A DNA stretch of 64,000 nucleotides from Promethearchaeota archaeon (lineage in GTDB: Archaea; Asgardarchaeota; Hermodarchaeia; Hermodarchaeales; Hermodarchaeaceae). The notes below the pieces were generated by a model. That model was not told where the DNA came from, did no database searches, and saw nothing but the letters and a program-made list of their open reading frames with translations. A program made the position numbers and the translations under genes. Below are positions 9,676 to 19,451 of this stretch, one piece after another. Each line of letters begins with the position of its first letter. Position 1 is the stretch's first letter. The stretch spans positions 64,001 to 128,000 of the forward strand of contig JBHLMG010000001.1 of NCBI GenBank assembly GCA_048938385.1, written 5' to 3'.

Positions 9676-11883
9676 TTGGGAGGATACTGCGTGCCGGAGC
9701 TTGAACGACTCGACCAGATTCCAGGAATAGGTCCTCGTCTTGCGCAAAAACTAGTGGAGCTTTTCGGCTCAGAAGACGAGGCTCTTGATATTATTAAAAA
9801 CGCTCAAGTGGCAACATTAGCGAGTATCCCTGGGGTGGGCAAGAAAAAAGCTCTAGACTTAGTTCAAGAAGCTTATACGATCCGTGAGGGGATCAGCGCC
9901 TTTGAAGTGCTTAAAACTGCTGATATCCAAGAAATCTATCACCGTATTTTGGCCATAATTCAATCCTATGCACACAGTGTTTTTGCCAAAGACAAACTCA
10001 CCCTTTACTACCCTCTCCCTTCTTCTAAAGTTGACGCTATTCAAAAACGGCTAAACTGGTTTCAACAAGCAGCTGAATTGGTGGAAAAAAGTTCAGCGGA
10101 GCAATTGCAGAATCTGGGTCACCTTTTAGCAAAAGCGCGACCCCTTAGGAGTGGAATAGCACTCTCGCTAGCAACCTGGAGGGTAATCCTAACAGATAAT
10201 GATGAGGCACATCATCGCCTAAAAGATTTCAAAGCTGACAAAACATCGAGACTCATTCGTCTAAAACCTGGTGAACGACTCGACGAGTACATCAAATCAT
10301 ACGACTATATCATTGCAGCTCTTGAAATGGGCGGAATTGGTGGAGCAGCAGAGCATGCAGGAAACTTGGAATTAGTAAAGAACGATTTCACTTTAGCTGA
10401 TGTTTCTCCCGAATCCATTATTTCATTTTATGCAACTAATTACGAAACAATTGTAGCAATCTGTGACGCGGCAGACGCCTTGACACAACTTCCTGAAACT
10501 CCTGCTATAAAGCGTTTTACTGAAAGGCTCGACCTCGCAGCCATCAAAGAATTAACCTCCATCGTGGAAAAAATTACAAGTTCGGGGGATATATCACTAG
10601 GCGCTGATACTGAGTACGATCGACTTCGATTAGCCACACAAAAATTCGAGACCATTATTAGTGAAACTGAAATTTGGGCCAATGATAACATTCGTGAACA
10701 AATCTCAACAAGCCAAGTGGTTCTTGAAGGCGATCAGATAATCAATATTCTAGAGGCTTCAGCACAAGAAGCTATTGGGGCCGAACAACTTCGTCAATAT
10801 TTACCCCCCCAAGTCTTTGACATTCTAGTTTCAGCGTTACAAAGTTCAGAGGATCACCTTGCAGGATTATTGAAATTAAAACGGGATGAACTTGAATGGG
10901 TTGACGGTCTGTTTTCCCAGACTGTAGCATTACCTATCCAAGCTAATCGTCAATATGCAAGTAAATTACAAAATAACTTGCGACGATCTATGCATGCACG
11001 AGAGCATCAACTCAAAGTTGAGTATGCCTCAAAACTCATTAACTTTGAAAAAGCTATCAAAGATGCCGTCCAAACACTGCTAGATTTTGATGTTTTTCAA
11101 GCGATTGGGCAGTTTGCAAAACACTATCATCTATCTGTTCCTATTATCAAAGTGGATGGTGTTGGGCTATCCTTTCGTGAAGGTCGAAATATCTTCTTAT
11201 CGCAAATGGAGCGTTCTGGAAAATTAGAAGTCGTTCCCGTCTCGTACTCAATCGGAGGCAACAGCACTGCTTCTGAGCTTACAAAAGGAGAGCGAGTTGT
11301 ACTGCTCTCAGGAGCCAATAGTGGTGGTAAAAGTTGTTTACTCCAAAACATCGCTCAAATAGCCATTCTCGCACAAATGGGAATGCTGGTTCCAGCAAAA
11401 CAAGCAGAAGTGGGTATCTTCGATGAGCTTTATTATTACGCCAAAGCAACGGGCATGTTATCTGCAGGCGCATTTGAATCTTCATTGACTAATCTAGCGA
11501 ATATTGTGCTTAGTGATGCTTCGAAGTTGGCATGCTTTGATGAATGGGAAGCAAGTACAGAACCAGGTGCTGCTGCCAAAGTGGTCGCGGCGGTTCTTGA
11601 GCTTTTTTCCGAGAACCCTAACTCCTGCGTTATCTTTGTATCACACCTCGCTGAGGATATCACCAAACTCACTCGTACCCCCATTCGAGTCGACGGTATC
11701 GAGGCAACGGGATTAGATTCGCAACTCAATCTAATCGTTACTCGTTCACCCCAATTTGGAAAAATTGCGAAATCAACCCCTGAACTTATCGTAGAAAGGC
11801 TTTATCGTTCTTCTCGGGATCGAAAACAAGAAGTCTTTAAGCGTATCTTAGAACTTGTCCGAGGTCAAGAGGTTAGTAATTAA
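9676..11883 (+). CDS. archaeal MutS-family ATPase with N-terminal HhH motifs (MutS5-like)
   Basis: IPGIGP and IPGVGK HhH motifs; SGANSGGKS Walker A; AGAFES, DEWEASTEPGAA, VSH. Confidence 0.8.
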   Translation: MGGYCVPELERLDQIPGIGPRLAQKLVELFGSEDEALDIIKNAQVATLASIPGVGKKKALDLVQEAYTIREGISAFEVLKTADIQEIYHRILAIIQSYAHSVFAKDKLTLYYPLPSSKVDAIQKRLNWFQQAAELVEKSSAEQLQNLGHLLAKARPLRSGIALSLATWRVILTDNDEAHHRLKDFKADKTSRLIRLKPGERLDEYIKSYDYIIAALEMGGIGGAAEHAGNLELVKNDFTLADVSPESIISFYATNYETIVAICDAADALTQLPETPAIKRFTERLDLAAIKELTSIVEKITSSGDISLGADTEYDRLRLATQKFETIISETEIWANDNIREQISTSQVVLEGDQIINILEASAQEAIGAEQLRQYLPPQVFDILVSALQSSEDHLAGLLKLKRDELEWVDGLFSQTVALPIQANRQYASKLQNNLRRSMHAREHQLKVEYASKLINFEKAIKDAVQTLLDFDVFQAIGQFAKHYHLSVPIIKVDGVGLSFREGRNIFLSQMERSGKLEVVPVSYSIGGNSTASELTKGERVVLLSGANSGGKSCLLQNIAQIAILAQMGMLVPAKQAEVGIFDELYYYAKATGMLSAGAFESSLTNLANIVLSDASKLACFDEWEASTEPGAAAKVVAAVLELFSENPNSCVIFVSHLAEDITKLTRTPIRVDGIEATGLDSQLNLIVTRSPQFGKIAKSTPELIVERLYRSSRDRKQEVFKRILELVRGQEVSN

Positions 11884-12385
11884 GAGCTTTTACTCGGTTG
11901 ACTCCATCAAATTTGTTTACCAACGCTACGATTGTTTCTGGCACTAGGGTTTTCCAATCCTCACCAGTAATCATCCTACGGCGAACTTCATTTCCTTGGT
12001 ACTTGTCTTTTTTATACAAAGAGATGCGTTTTACAGAAATTCCGTGCTTTGAGAATAATTGCTCACTAGTATCTGAACCCGTATAGACCGTTCCAAAGGG
12101 TGGAACATAGGATCTAACATGGTCCACCCATTTTGGATAGTTATCGATATCAGGCACTGGGATAATCAGGAATCGAGAACATGGTATCTGCAATTCATCA
12201 AGAACGCTTTGCATCATCAGAAGGCGTTCACTAGTGGTGAATGGATTTTTTGGCGTGAAACCCGCTTGCGCGCTTCCGATTACAATGAAGACTTTTTCTT
12301 CTTTTCCAAAGACCTCATTCAATGCATGGACATGACCTTTATGAAGTGGTTGGAATCTTCCTAGGAAGAGGCCTGGGTTTTTCAT
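11873..12385 (-). CDS. nadM: nicotinamide-nucleotide adenylyltransferase
   Basis: GRFQPLHKGH, IGSAQ, NPFTTSER. Confidence 0.92.
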   Translation of the reverse strand: MKNPGLFLGRFQPLHKGHVHALNEVFGKEEKVFIVIGSAQAGFTPKNPFTTSERLLMMQSVLDELQIPCSRFLIIPVPDIDNYPKWVDHVRSYVPPFGTVYTGSDTSEQLFSKHGISVKRISLYKKDKYQGNEVRRRMITGEDWKTLVPETIVALVNKFDGVNRVKALNY

Positions 12386-12400
12386 AGTTCACCAGCGTTC

Positions 12401-12979
12401 TTAAAGGAGAATAGCTGTTTCATTAACTCTTCCATCTGCGTTAATCGGAACTCCCTCAGCCCGTAGAATTCTTGCCTTTTCTATTGTGCCTTCGTCAGTT
12501 CCTCCCAGTTTACCTAGCCGTCCATCAGAATGAATTACTCTATGACACGGTACTGCCCAAGGAACAGGGTTGCTTCGCATAACTGAACCAACACCGCGAG
12601 GCGATGAGTTGGTTCTTTTTGCCAGGCCTCCATACGAAATAACACTCCCTTTTGGTACTTGCATCAAATGATGGGAAATTTCAATACGGGTCGTGGACCA
12701 ATGTCGTTGTGAAATCTCTTCAGGAACAAATGGACGACCCTTTCCTTGAATTAACTGAGCAAGCCTTTGAGTTACTATAGCAAGATGAGGAGAGTGCGAT
12801 GACTCATTTAACTCGGTTTCTCGGTTCAACCGATTTAAAACGGTTTTGAGATTTATGGTGGCTGCTTGGCGTGTTGTGTTTGATGTGCAAGCAACTAATT
12901 TATTCTCTTTATCTTCCAAGGCTACTGCTAGCCACCGGTTTGGCTCTACTTTAACTGTGTCCGTGTAAATTATTGTCAT
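12401..12979 (-). CDS. ogt: methylated-DNA--protein-cysteine methyltransferase
   Basis: VPKGSVISYG, SPRGVG, NPVPWAVPCHRV active site. Confidence 0.9.
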   Translation of the reverse strand: MTIIYTDTVKVEPNRWLAVALEDKENKLVACTSNTTRQAATINLKTVLNRLNRETELNESSHSPHLAIVTQRLAQLIQGKGRPFVPEEISQRHWSTTRIEISHHLMQVPKGSVISYGGLAKRTNSSPRGVGSVMRSNPVPWAVPCHRVIHSDGRLGKLGGTDEGTIEKARILRAEGVPINADGRVNETAILL

Positions 12980-13029
12980 CGTGTAAGCACTTTAATTACA
13001 CTTGTATAAAGCAATTTCAGTGAAGGCAA

Positions 13030-14115
13030 ATGGTAGTCACTATTGATGGTTCCGTACTTGAAGGTGGAGGACAGATCCTTCGATCCGCAATTGCCTTTGC
13101 TGGAGTCTTAGGTACAGGAGTGATAGTAACAAAAATCCGGGCAAAACGAACGACTTCTGGACTTCGTCCTCAGCACCTTCATGGTATTTTAGCTATGAAG
13201 CAGTTAACTGAAGCTGTCGTAAAAGGTGCACATGTAGGATCAGAACGAGTTGAGTTTATACCTCAAAACCGTCGAGGTGGAAATATTACAGTAGATGTTG
13301 GCACAGCTGGAGCGATTACCTTGATTTTACAAGTTGTAATGGTTATCGCACCCTATTGTGACCAACCAGTAGTCGCTAAACTTGTGGGTGGTACAAATGT
13401 TGCCTGGAGCCCACCGATTGATTATATGCAGCATGTCTTATTACCGCGTTTACATCAAATGGGTTATTCAGGTACTTTAGAACTTGTGAAGCGTGGTTAT
13501 TATCCACGCGGGGGTGGTCAGGTGAACGCGGTGTTAAATCCAGTACACCAGCTAACAGGACTCCAGCTTTCCGAAGCTCAAGATAAGCCTACGATTTCTG
13601 GAATCTCATACTGCGGGTCACTACCTCGGCATGTAGCTGAAAGACAAGCTCACGCTGCAATTAGCAAGTTATCTCAAACTGGGGTTCTCGTGGAGAATAT
13701 TGCCATAGAAGAAGTCAAAGACACTCTTTCACCTGGAAGTGGCGTCTCATTATGGACTGAAAATAATAAAAATCGCCTTATAGGTTCTGATGGGTTAGGT
13801 CGTCGAGGGCTCAAGGCAGAAAAGGTAGGAGAACAAGTGGCATCGCGCTTTCTTCAGGAACTTACGACAAAGGCTCCTGTCGATTTACATCAAGCAGATA
13901 TGTTGGTTCCTTACTTGGCTCTCGCGAAAGGGACTTCCTTCATACCTGTTTCTGAACTTACTCTACACACCGTCACTAACATACATGTAGTGGAACAATT
14001 CGTTGATGCTAAATTTGAAGTGAAAGGGAAGGTTGGTTCTCCTGCATTAATTACCGTCAGGGGGATTGGTTTAACCGGAGCCGCAGCTTCTCTTGGATCT
14101 TCACCGAATCAGTAA
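13030..14115 (+). CDS. rtcA: RNA 3'-terminal phosphate cyclase
   Basis: EGGGQILR, GLRPQH, RGYYPRGGG, DLHQAD, TLHTVTN. Confidence 0.93.
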   Translation: MVVTIDGSVLEGGGQILRSAIAFAGVLGTGVIVTKIRAKRTTSGLRPQHLHGILAMKQLTEAVVKGAHVGSERVEFIPQNRRGGNITVDVGTAGAITLILQVVMVIAPYCDQPVVAKLVGGTNVAWSPPIDYMQHVLLPRLHQMGYSGTLELVKRGYYPRGGGQVNAVLNPVHQLTGLQLSEAQDKPTISGISYCGSLPRHVAERQAHAAISKLSQTGVLVENIAIEEVKDTLSPGSGVSLWTENNKNRLIGSDGLGRRGLKAEKVGEQVASRFLQELTTKAPVDLHQADMLVPYLALAKGTSFIPVSELTLHTVTNIHVVEQFVDAKFEVKGKVGSPALITVRGIGLTGAAASLGSSPNQ

Positions 14116-15115
14116 TAATCTCATGAAAAACAGTTTCAAGGTTCTCACCGGTCAGAGTACTAATAATAGGGATTTTTGCTCTGCTAGTTAACGAGCGTGC
14201 TTTTTGTATCTCCTCTTCTGACGCAATATCACTCTTGTTTATCACCGGGATGATTTCAATTCCTTCAAAAGTTTGGACAATTTCTTCAAATAGCGTGACC
14301 TGGTTTGAAACCTCAAATCCGCAAGTAAGTGTTGGGTCAATGAGGAACACAATGACATCCGCCAAGTACTGAATTGCGGCTATTGCTCTTCGCTCAATGA
14401 TATTCCTCTCCTTCATGGGGCGGTCTAAAAGTCCTGGGAGATCCAAAATTTGTCCTTCACCAGAATTCACGGTCAGATGACCCACGCTGATGGTTTTGGT
14501 TGTGAATGGGTACTCTGCAATTTCAAGGGTAGCAGATGAAAGTAAGGAAACAAGCGAACTTTTTCCGACATTGGGAAATCCTGCGACGACAATAACAGGC
14601 AATTCAAGGTTAACTGAAGGAAATCGTCGATATTCTTTGGCTGCTTGTTGAATAACGATCAAGCGTGATTCGATTCGGTTAATAACAGAAGAAATCCGTC
14701 CATACGCAGCGCTTCGGATTCGGCGTGCTTCATCAGGGGTTTGTACGCGCTTTAGCTTTTGGATATTTTCGCGAACTATCTTCCTGATAATACGAACTGC
14801 AGATGTTACTGAAGCGAGAGCCTGACGAAGGTTATCAATTGGTACAGTGGTGTCCGCCAAGGTTCGGTAAAATGGGTGAATCTCATCGAAATTCGGGAAG
14901 CGCTTTACGACTTCTTGAAGACGATCTGTGAGTATATCTTCAACTTTACTTAATTTTGCTATCTCCTTTGTTCGGACGCGGATATGGGCTGGTTTTTTCG
15001 ATTTTGGCAAGGTGAGTTTCGATGCACGCGCAAAAGCGATGTCCAATAACTCGCTACTATGAGGGATATACTTCAAATCAGTAAATGGATTCACGGAACG
15101 ACACAGCTCAAACAA
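14057..15115 (-). CDS. NOG1-family GTPase
   Basis: IHPFY, GFPNVGKS, YPFTT, DLPGLLDRP, ERNIIE, NKSD. Confidence 0.9.
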   Translation of the reverse strand: MFELCRSVNPFTDLKYIPHSSELLDIAFARASKLTLPKSKKPAHIRVRTKEIAKLSKVEDILTDRLQEVVKRFPNFDEIHPFYRTLADTTVPIDNLRQALASVTSAVRIIRKIVRENIQKLKRVQTPDEARRIRSAAYGRISSVINRIESRLIVIQQAAKEYRRFPSVNLELPVIVVAGFPNVGKSSLVSLLSSATLEIAEYPFTTKTISVGHLTVNSGEGQILDLPGLLDRPMKERNIIERRAIAAIQYLADVIVFLIDPTLTCGFEVSNQVTLFEEIVQTFEGIEIIPVINKSDIASEEEIQKARSLTSRAKIPIISTLTGENLETVFHEIITDSVKIQEKLRLRLNQSP

Positions 15116-15126
15116 GAAGCAAGTTG

Positions 15127-15140
15127 AAAAGGTTTAATAA
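15127..15140 (+). promoter_or_regulatory. putative BRE/TATA promoter of the proteasome beta gene
   Basis: AAAAGG-TTTAATAA about 35-45 nt upstream of the ATG at 15176. Confidence 0.5.
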
Positions 15141-15175
15141 CGCTTCCCTACGATAGCTCAGGCAGGTTATCAATA

Positions 15176-15793
15176 ATGAGTGGTCAACAAGATCTAACAC
15201 CCTTCTTTGGAGCCGCCACGGTCGGTATTACCTTTAGCAACGGTGTTGTTATTGGCGCTGAAAAACGGATTCTTTGGGGGTACACCGTCGTTAGTAAGAC
15301 AGGGAAAAAAATCTTCTCGGTTACTGATAACATCATCATCGGTAGTGCAGGTGTCAGCGGAGACTACCAAATGCTATCCTCGTTTCTGACTGCTGAATCC
15401 AATCTTTTCAAGCTAGAAAATCGTCGACCTATTACTGTAAACGGTGCTGCCCAGTTGTTATCAAACATCCTTTTCAGCAGAAAATACATGCCCTATCTAA
15501 CTCAAACGCTGATTGGAGGAGTTGATCAAGAGGGGTCTCATCTGTACAGCCTTGACCTCGCGGGTTCTCTAATAAAAGAAGAATACGCAGCCGTTGGAAC
15601 AGCTACTTCACTTGTCTTGGGAGTACTTGAAGCAAATTACCGTAAGGATCTTTCTAAAAAAGAGGCTATCGAACTGGCTGTAAAAGCTATAAGATCCGCC
15701 ACTCGTCGAGACGCAATGTCTGGAGACGGTATCGATCTTCTCATAGTAACCCCTGAGGGGATTGAGGCAAAAGAATTTGAACTCAACGAATAA
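15176..15793 (+). CDS. psmB: 20S proteasome beta subunit, predicted non-catalytic
   Basis: Ntn-hydrolase beta pattern (TVGI...GVVIGAEKR, KKIF, GGVD, RDAMSG) but GAATVG in place of GTTTVG. Confidence 0.88.
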   Translation: MSGQQDLTPFFGAATVGITFSNGVVIGAEKRILWGYTVVSKTGKKIFSVTDNIIIGSAGVSGDYQMLSSFLTAESNLFKLENRRPITVNGAAQLLSNILFSRKYMPYLTQTLIGGVDQEGSHLYSLDLAGSLIKEEYAAVGTATSLVLGVLEANYRKDLSKKEAIELAVKAIRSATRRDAMSGDGIDLLIVTPEGIEAKEFELNE

Positions 15794-15804
15794 ATGCCTC
15801 TCAT

Positions 15805-16788
15805 TCATTGGGTTTGGGATAGTAGGACAACTCGACTAACAACATCTTCTTGGGAAATCGTATAACCTGTTTTTTCAGCTAGACTCTGGGCAAAATCCCG
15901 AATTGCCTTCATACTGGGCATATTCTCACGGGAAAGGCGATGCATACTACCACCTACATGCATGTAAGCCTTACACTCGATAAAATCTGGATTGGCTTGC
16001 TCTAACCACTTTGCATATCCTGGAATTCCTTGCATGTTATGTGGAGAAACAAGCGTCATACGAATAACGGTCGGACAGGAAAAAGTGGAAAGTAAGCTTA
16101 AGGATTCTTGTAATCGTTCCCAAGCCTTAGGAATTTTAGGACGACAAAGTTTTTGGTGTATTGATTGTTCCGGTGCTACAAAAGAAATGTAGAGTTGTGT
16201 AGGTTCTTCTATTTCCTGTAAGATGTGTGGGTTTGTGCCATTACTTACTAAATAACTCGTCCAGTCTCTTCGATGGCATTCTCGGATAAGTTCTGAAAGG
16301 TGTTCATATAAGGTAGGTTCGCCTACTAGACTGATTGCGACATTGCGAGGGTTTCGTGCCTCTTGGTACATCTGAGGATTAACTTTCGGATGACACACAG
16401 GATTGTAGCCATCAAGTATTTTACGCTGCTCAATAACTGCGTTGTCTAGAATGGTAGAGGGTTCGTCTGGTATTTCCGGGTCAAGAGCCTTAGGAAACTG
16501 ATCATCTCCGGGCATTGTCCGCCAACAAAAGAGGCACTCTTGAGTGCATTGTAATGTTGGCGATAGTTGCATGCACTGGTGTGTTTTAATGGTCTTATAG
16601 AATGACTGTTTGTAACAGGGCCGTTGCTGAGTCAAGACCTTATGAAGGTGGTAGCATTTTTTTAATACACTATTTCTACCGATGAACCGGTATCGCTGCT
16701 TGCGATAAATTTTAGCTAACTCATTAGAGACCACAGCATCATCCATGAATTCAGCCAAAAGCCAATGATTTAAGTATTGTTTATTCAC
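15805..16788 (-). CDS. taw1: 4-demethylwyosine synthase TYW1/Taw1 (radical SAM)
   Basis: CYKQSFY, HQCMQLSP, CTQECLFCWR, AISLVGEP, ECKAYMHVG. Confidence 0.92.
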   Translation of the reverse strand: MNKQYLNHWLLAEFMDDAVVSNELAKIYRKQRYRFIGRNSVLKKCYHLHKVLTQQRPCYKQSFYKTIKTHQCMQLSPTLQCTQECLFCWRTMPGDDQFPKALDPEIPDEPSTILDNAVIEQRKILDGYNPVCHPKVNPQMYQEARNPRNVAISLVGEPTLYEHLSELIRECHRRDWTSYLVSNGTNPHILQEIEEPTQLYISFVAPEQSIHQKLCRPKIPKAWERLQESLSLLSTFSCPTVIRMTLVSPHNMQGIPGYAKWLEQANPDFIECKAYMHVGGSMHRLSRENMPSMKAIRDFAQSLAEKTGYTISQEDVVSRVVLLSQTQ

Positions 16789-16816
16789 TGCTCCAACACC
16801 GAATCAAGTCATTCTA

Positions 16817-17461
16817 ATGGAGCTGAATGGAATGGCCCTCGAAGAAATTACCCAAGCAATTTATTCAAAACTCGCTATCCAAAACGAAGCGAGGGATTTT
16901 CTCATTAACGAAATGCATCAAATCCTGAAAGTAACACGAGAAGCAATTTCTGCTATTCATCGGAATGAACTGACCAAGGCCGGCGAGTCTATTAGGAATG
17001 TCCAATCCATGCTAAAGGGTGCTCAAACGCATTTGAAGAAACTCGGTCAAATCCCTGTCATTAATTTAATTCATGATGCTGAAGGTGAGGTTGCAGAGGC
17101 AGTGTTTTTGCTAGCCTTTCGTCAAAAAAAGCCTCTTCCATCTCCAGAAAAAATCGGTGTAAAAGAAATAGGATATCTCCAAGGGCTTGGAGATTTTGTT
17201 GGTGAATTGCGAAGGCATTCACTTGATTCTCTAACTAATGATAACTTGGAAGAAGCGAAGAGGGCTTTTACCCAGATGGAAGAGGTGTATGCTACTTTGA
17301 AAACCTTTGATTTTCCTCGCGGACTTACACAGGGAGTGAGAAAGAAAACAGATATTGCACGGGGAATAATCGAAAAAACTCGTGCGGATCTAAGTTCCGC
17401 TATTGAAAATCGACGGTTGCTAGCTGGGATAGCTTCCTTACGAAAAGCACTTGGAGAATAG
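16817..17461 (+). CDS. translin/TRAX (C3PO)-family protein
   Basis: AISAIHR, EVAEA, YLQGLGDFVGELRR, RKKTDIAR. Confidence 0.88.
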   Translation: MELNGMALEEITQAIYSKLAIQNEARDFLINEMHQILKVTREAISAIHRNELTKAGESIRNVQSMLKGAQTHLKKLGQIPVINLIHDAEGEVAEAVFLLAFRQKKPLPSPEKIGVKEIGYLQGLGDFVGELRRHSLDSLTNDNLEEAKRAFTQMEEVYATLKTFDFPRGLTQGVRKKTDIARGIIEKTRADLSSAIENRRLLAGIASLRKALGE

Positions 17462-18140
17462 GGGGCCAATTGGTCTGACGAGAAAATTCTCTACAAAGAA
17501 AGCTCGTCAAGTTCAACTGCGTTTAGCTCAATGTGTGAACGATACCGATCATTTTCTCAATCCTCCTCGAACCATTTGCGGATTGGATGTGGCTTACCTT
17601 CCCTCTGAAGCAATTGGAGCTGCAGTCGTGTTGACTTTCCCGGATCTGCAAGTAATTGAAAAAAGGCTCGTTCGCTGCCAGGTTCCAGTACCCTATATTC
17701 CAACCTTTCTCTCCTTTCGTGAATACGCTCCTCTCTCAATGGTTTTCAACACCATTCAACATCAACCTGATCTGTGTTTCGTTGATGCACATGGACAAGC
17801 GCATCCTTACAAGCTAGGCGCTGCAAGCCATTTTGGGGTGTTAAAGAATGTTCCAACCATCGGAGTAGCAAAAAAACTCTTATGCGGTGAAGTTCAGAAA
17901 AAAACTGCCTTCTTCGACGATATTTATCTTAACAATGAAGTGATTGGAGCAAGGGTAAATACCAAGAAGGGGTGCAACCCAATTTTTGTAAGTGTAGGTC
18001 ACCGAATCTCTCTTCCTTCTGCTGTCCAAATAACTCTATCCTGTACGACGAAATATCGGCTTCCTGAACCCACGCGGCTGGCACATAACTTAGCTAAAGA
18101 AACCCAACAAAAAATAAAAGACGGTGATATTGTTGAATGA
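17451..18140 (+). CDS. nfi: endonuclease V
   Basis: GLDVAY, PYIPTFLSFRE, VDAHGQAHP, IGVAKK, VSVGH, RLPEPTRLAH. Confidence 0.93.
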   Translation: MENRGPIGLTRKFSTKKARQVQLRLAQCVNDTDHFLNPPRTICGLDVAYLPSEAIGAAVVLTFPDLQVIEKRLVRCQVPVPYIPTFLSFREYAPLSMVFNTIQHQPDLCFVDAHGQAHPYKLGAASHFGVLKNVPTIGVAKKLLCGEVQKKTAFFDDIYLNNEVIGARVNTKKGCNPIFVSVGHRISLPSAVQITLSCTTKYRLPEPTRLAHNLAKETQQKIKDGDIVE

Positions 18141-18822
18141 ACAGCTCTGGTTTACTCTTCTCGCATTAGCTCAACTAGGAGCTGTTGGCAACAGTATCAG
18201 AACATCGACCTCTCGACTCGCACGGCTTCTCAAGACCAGTCAACAGACAGCATCCCGAAGGTTATCAACACTCGAAAAACAGGGTTGGATTCACCGAACT
18301 TTGAATAATCGGGGACAGCTAATTCGAATCAAACCAAAAGGTGTTGATAAGTTAATTCAGGTTAAGTCTGTTTTAGAGATGGCTATGACGAAGAAACGAT
18401 CCATAATGCTTCGCGGTCGAATATTTACGGGATTAGGTGAAGGTGCATACTATGTATGTCTGGAAGGGTATCGAAAACAGTTTCGAAAAAAACTAGGATT
18501 CGATCCCTATCCTGGGACACTCAATATTCAACTTTTAACAGATTCGGATGTAAATGAGTTTCAATTACTCAAAGCAACAATTGGTATAGAAATTCATGGA
18601 TTTGAAAGTGGTGGTCGAAGCTTTGGACCGGTTACTTGCTATCCTGCTACTGTTAATGAACAAAAGACAGCGGCTATTCTATTAATCGAACGGACTCACC
18701 ACCACCCTAATGTGATTGAAATAATAGCACCAAAAAATCTACGGCAGCAACTCGGGGTCTCAGACAATGATATTATTGAGGTGAATGCGGATCTTGCCGA
18801 TTCGCATATGCCTTCTCGATAA
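18124..18822 (+). CDS. ribK: CTP-dependent riboflavin kinase with N-terminal wHTH (RbkR)
   Basis: SQQTASRRL HTH; GLGEGAYY, PYPGTLN, ERTHH, IEIIAP. Confidence 0.92.
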   Translation: MILLNEQLWFTLLALAQLGAVGNSIRTSTSRLARLLKTSQQTASRRLSTLEKQGWIHRTLNNRGQLIRIKPKGVDKLIQVKSVLEMAMTKKRSIMLRGRIFTGLGEGAYYVCLEGYRKQFRKKLGFDPYPGTLNIQLLTDSDVNEFQLLKATIGIEIHGFESGGRSFGPVTCYPATVNEQKTAAILLIERTHHHPNVIEIIAPKNLRQQLGVSDNDIIEVNADLADSHMPSR

Positions 18823-19225
18823 TCTTCGTCGTACTATTCAATGGATATTCATTAAATAATCGCTCTAACCGCATTACTCTCGTCTTTAATCCACGACGCT
18901 TTACTTCCTCTTGTACCTGTTCTGTCGACATTTGTTGGTTTGGACCTAACAGTAGAATGTCTGGCTTCAACTCTTCAATGATTGATAAAAAGTCAAGTCC
19001 TTGTTTCCCAAGAACCGCGTTTTTAACGCCCTTTATGGCTTGAACCATAAAGAGGCGCTGTTGTTCGGGAACAATAACCGCGCGACCCTTTGCATGAACC
19101 ACATTTTCATCCCGTGCAACAACAACAATAACTTCACCTAACTTTGCAGCTTCCGTAATTAGAAAAACATGTCCTGGGTGGAGAATATCAAAGGTTCCTG
19201 CAACCACAATACGCTTCGTCGTCAT
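18773..19225 (-). CDS. ribL: archaeal FAD synthetase (cytidylyltransferase family)
   Basis: GTFDILHPGH, VVVARD, STTKII; adjacent to riboflavin kinase. Confidence 0.85.
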   Translation of the reverse strand: MTTKRIVVAGTFDILHPGHVFLITEAAKLGEVIVVVARDENVVHAKGRAVIVPEQQRLFMVQAIKGVKNAVLGKQGLDFLSIIEELKPDILLLGPNQQMSTEQVQEEVKRRGLKTRVMRLERLFNEYPLNSTTKIIEKAYANRQDPHSPQ

Positions 19226-19282
19226 CCTATATCGCCATGTAACACTTGCCGGTATTAAATACTAGGGCTTGAAACATCTTTA

Positions 19283-19294
19283 GAAAGGTTTAAA
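19283..19294 (+). promoter_or_regulatory. putative BRE/TATA promoter of tRNA-Lys
   Basis: GAAAGG-TTTAAA about 30 nt upstream of the tRNA 5' end. Confidence 0.55.
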
Positions 19295-19322
19295 GTCTGT
19301 GTTAGAAAAACTGGTCAAACGC

Positions 19323-19442
19323 GGGCTCGTAGCTTAGCCAGGCAGAGCGTCGGGCTCTTAAGCATTCATTATGGAGACACCCGATTGTCGGGGGTTCGAA
19401 AGAACGCAGTTAGCGTCGCCGAAACTCCCCCCGAGCCCGCCA
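19323..19442 (+). tRNA. tRNA-Lys(CUU) with two introns (19361-19378 at 37/38; 19401-19425 at 59/60); CCA encoded
   Basis: Acceptor GGGCTCG/CGAGCCC, anticodon stem TCGGG/CCCGA, T-stem GGGGG/CCCCC; splice-motif helices CTCT/GGAG and TTCG/CGAA. Confidence 0.93.
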
Positions 19443-19451
19443 TCTCTCCTT

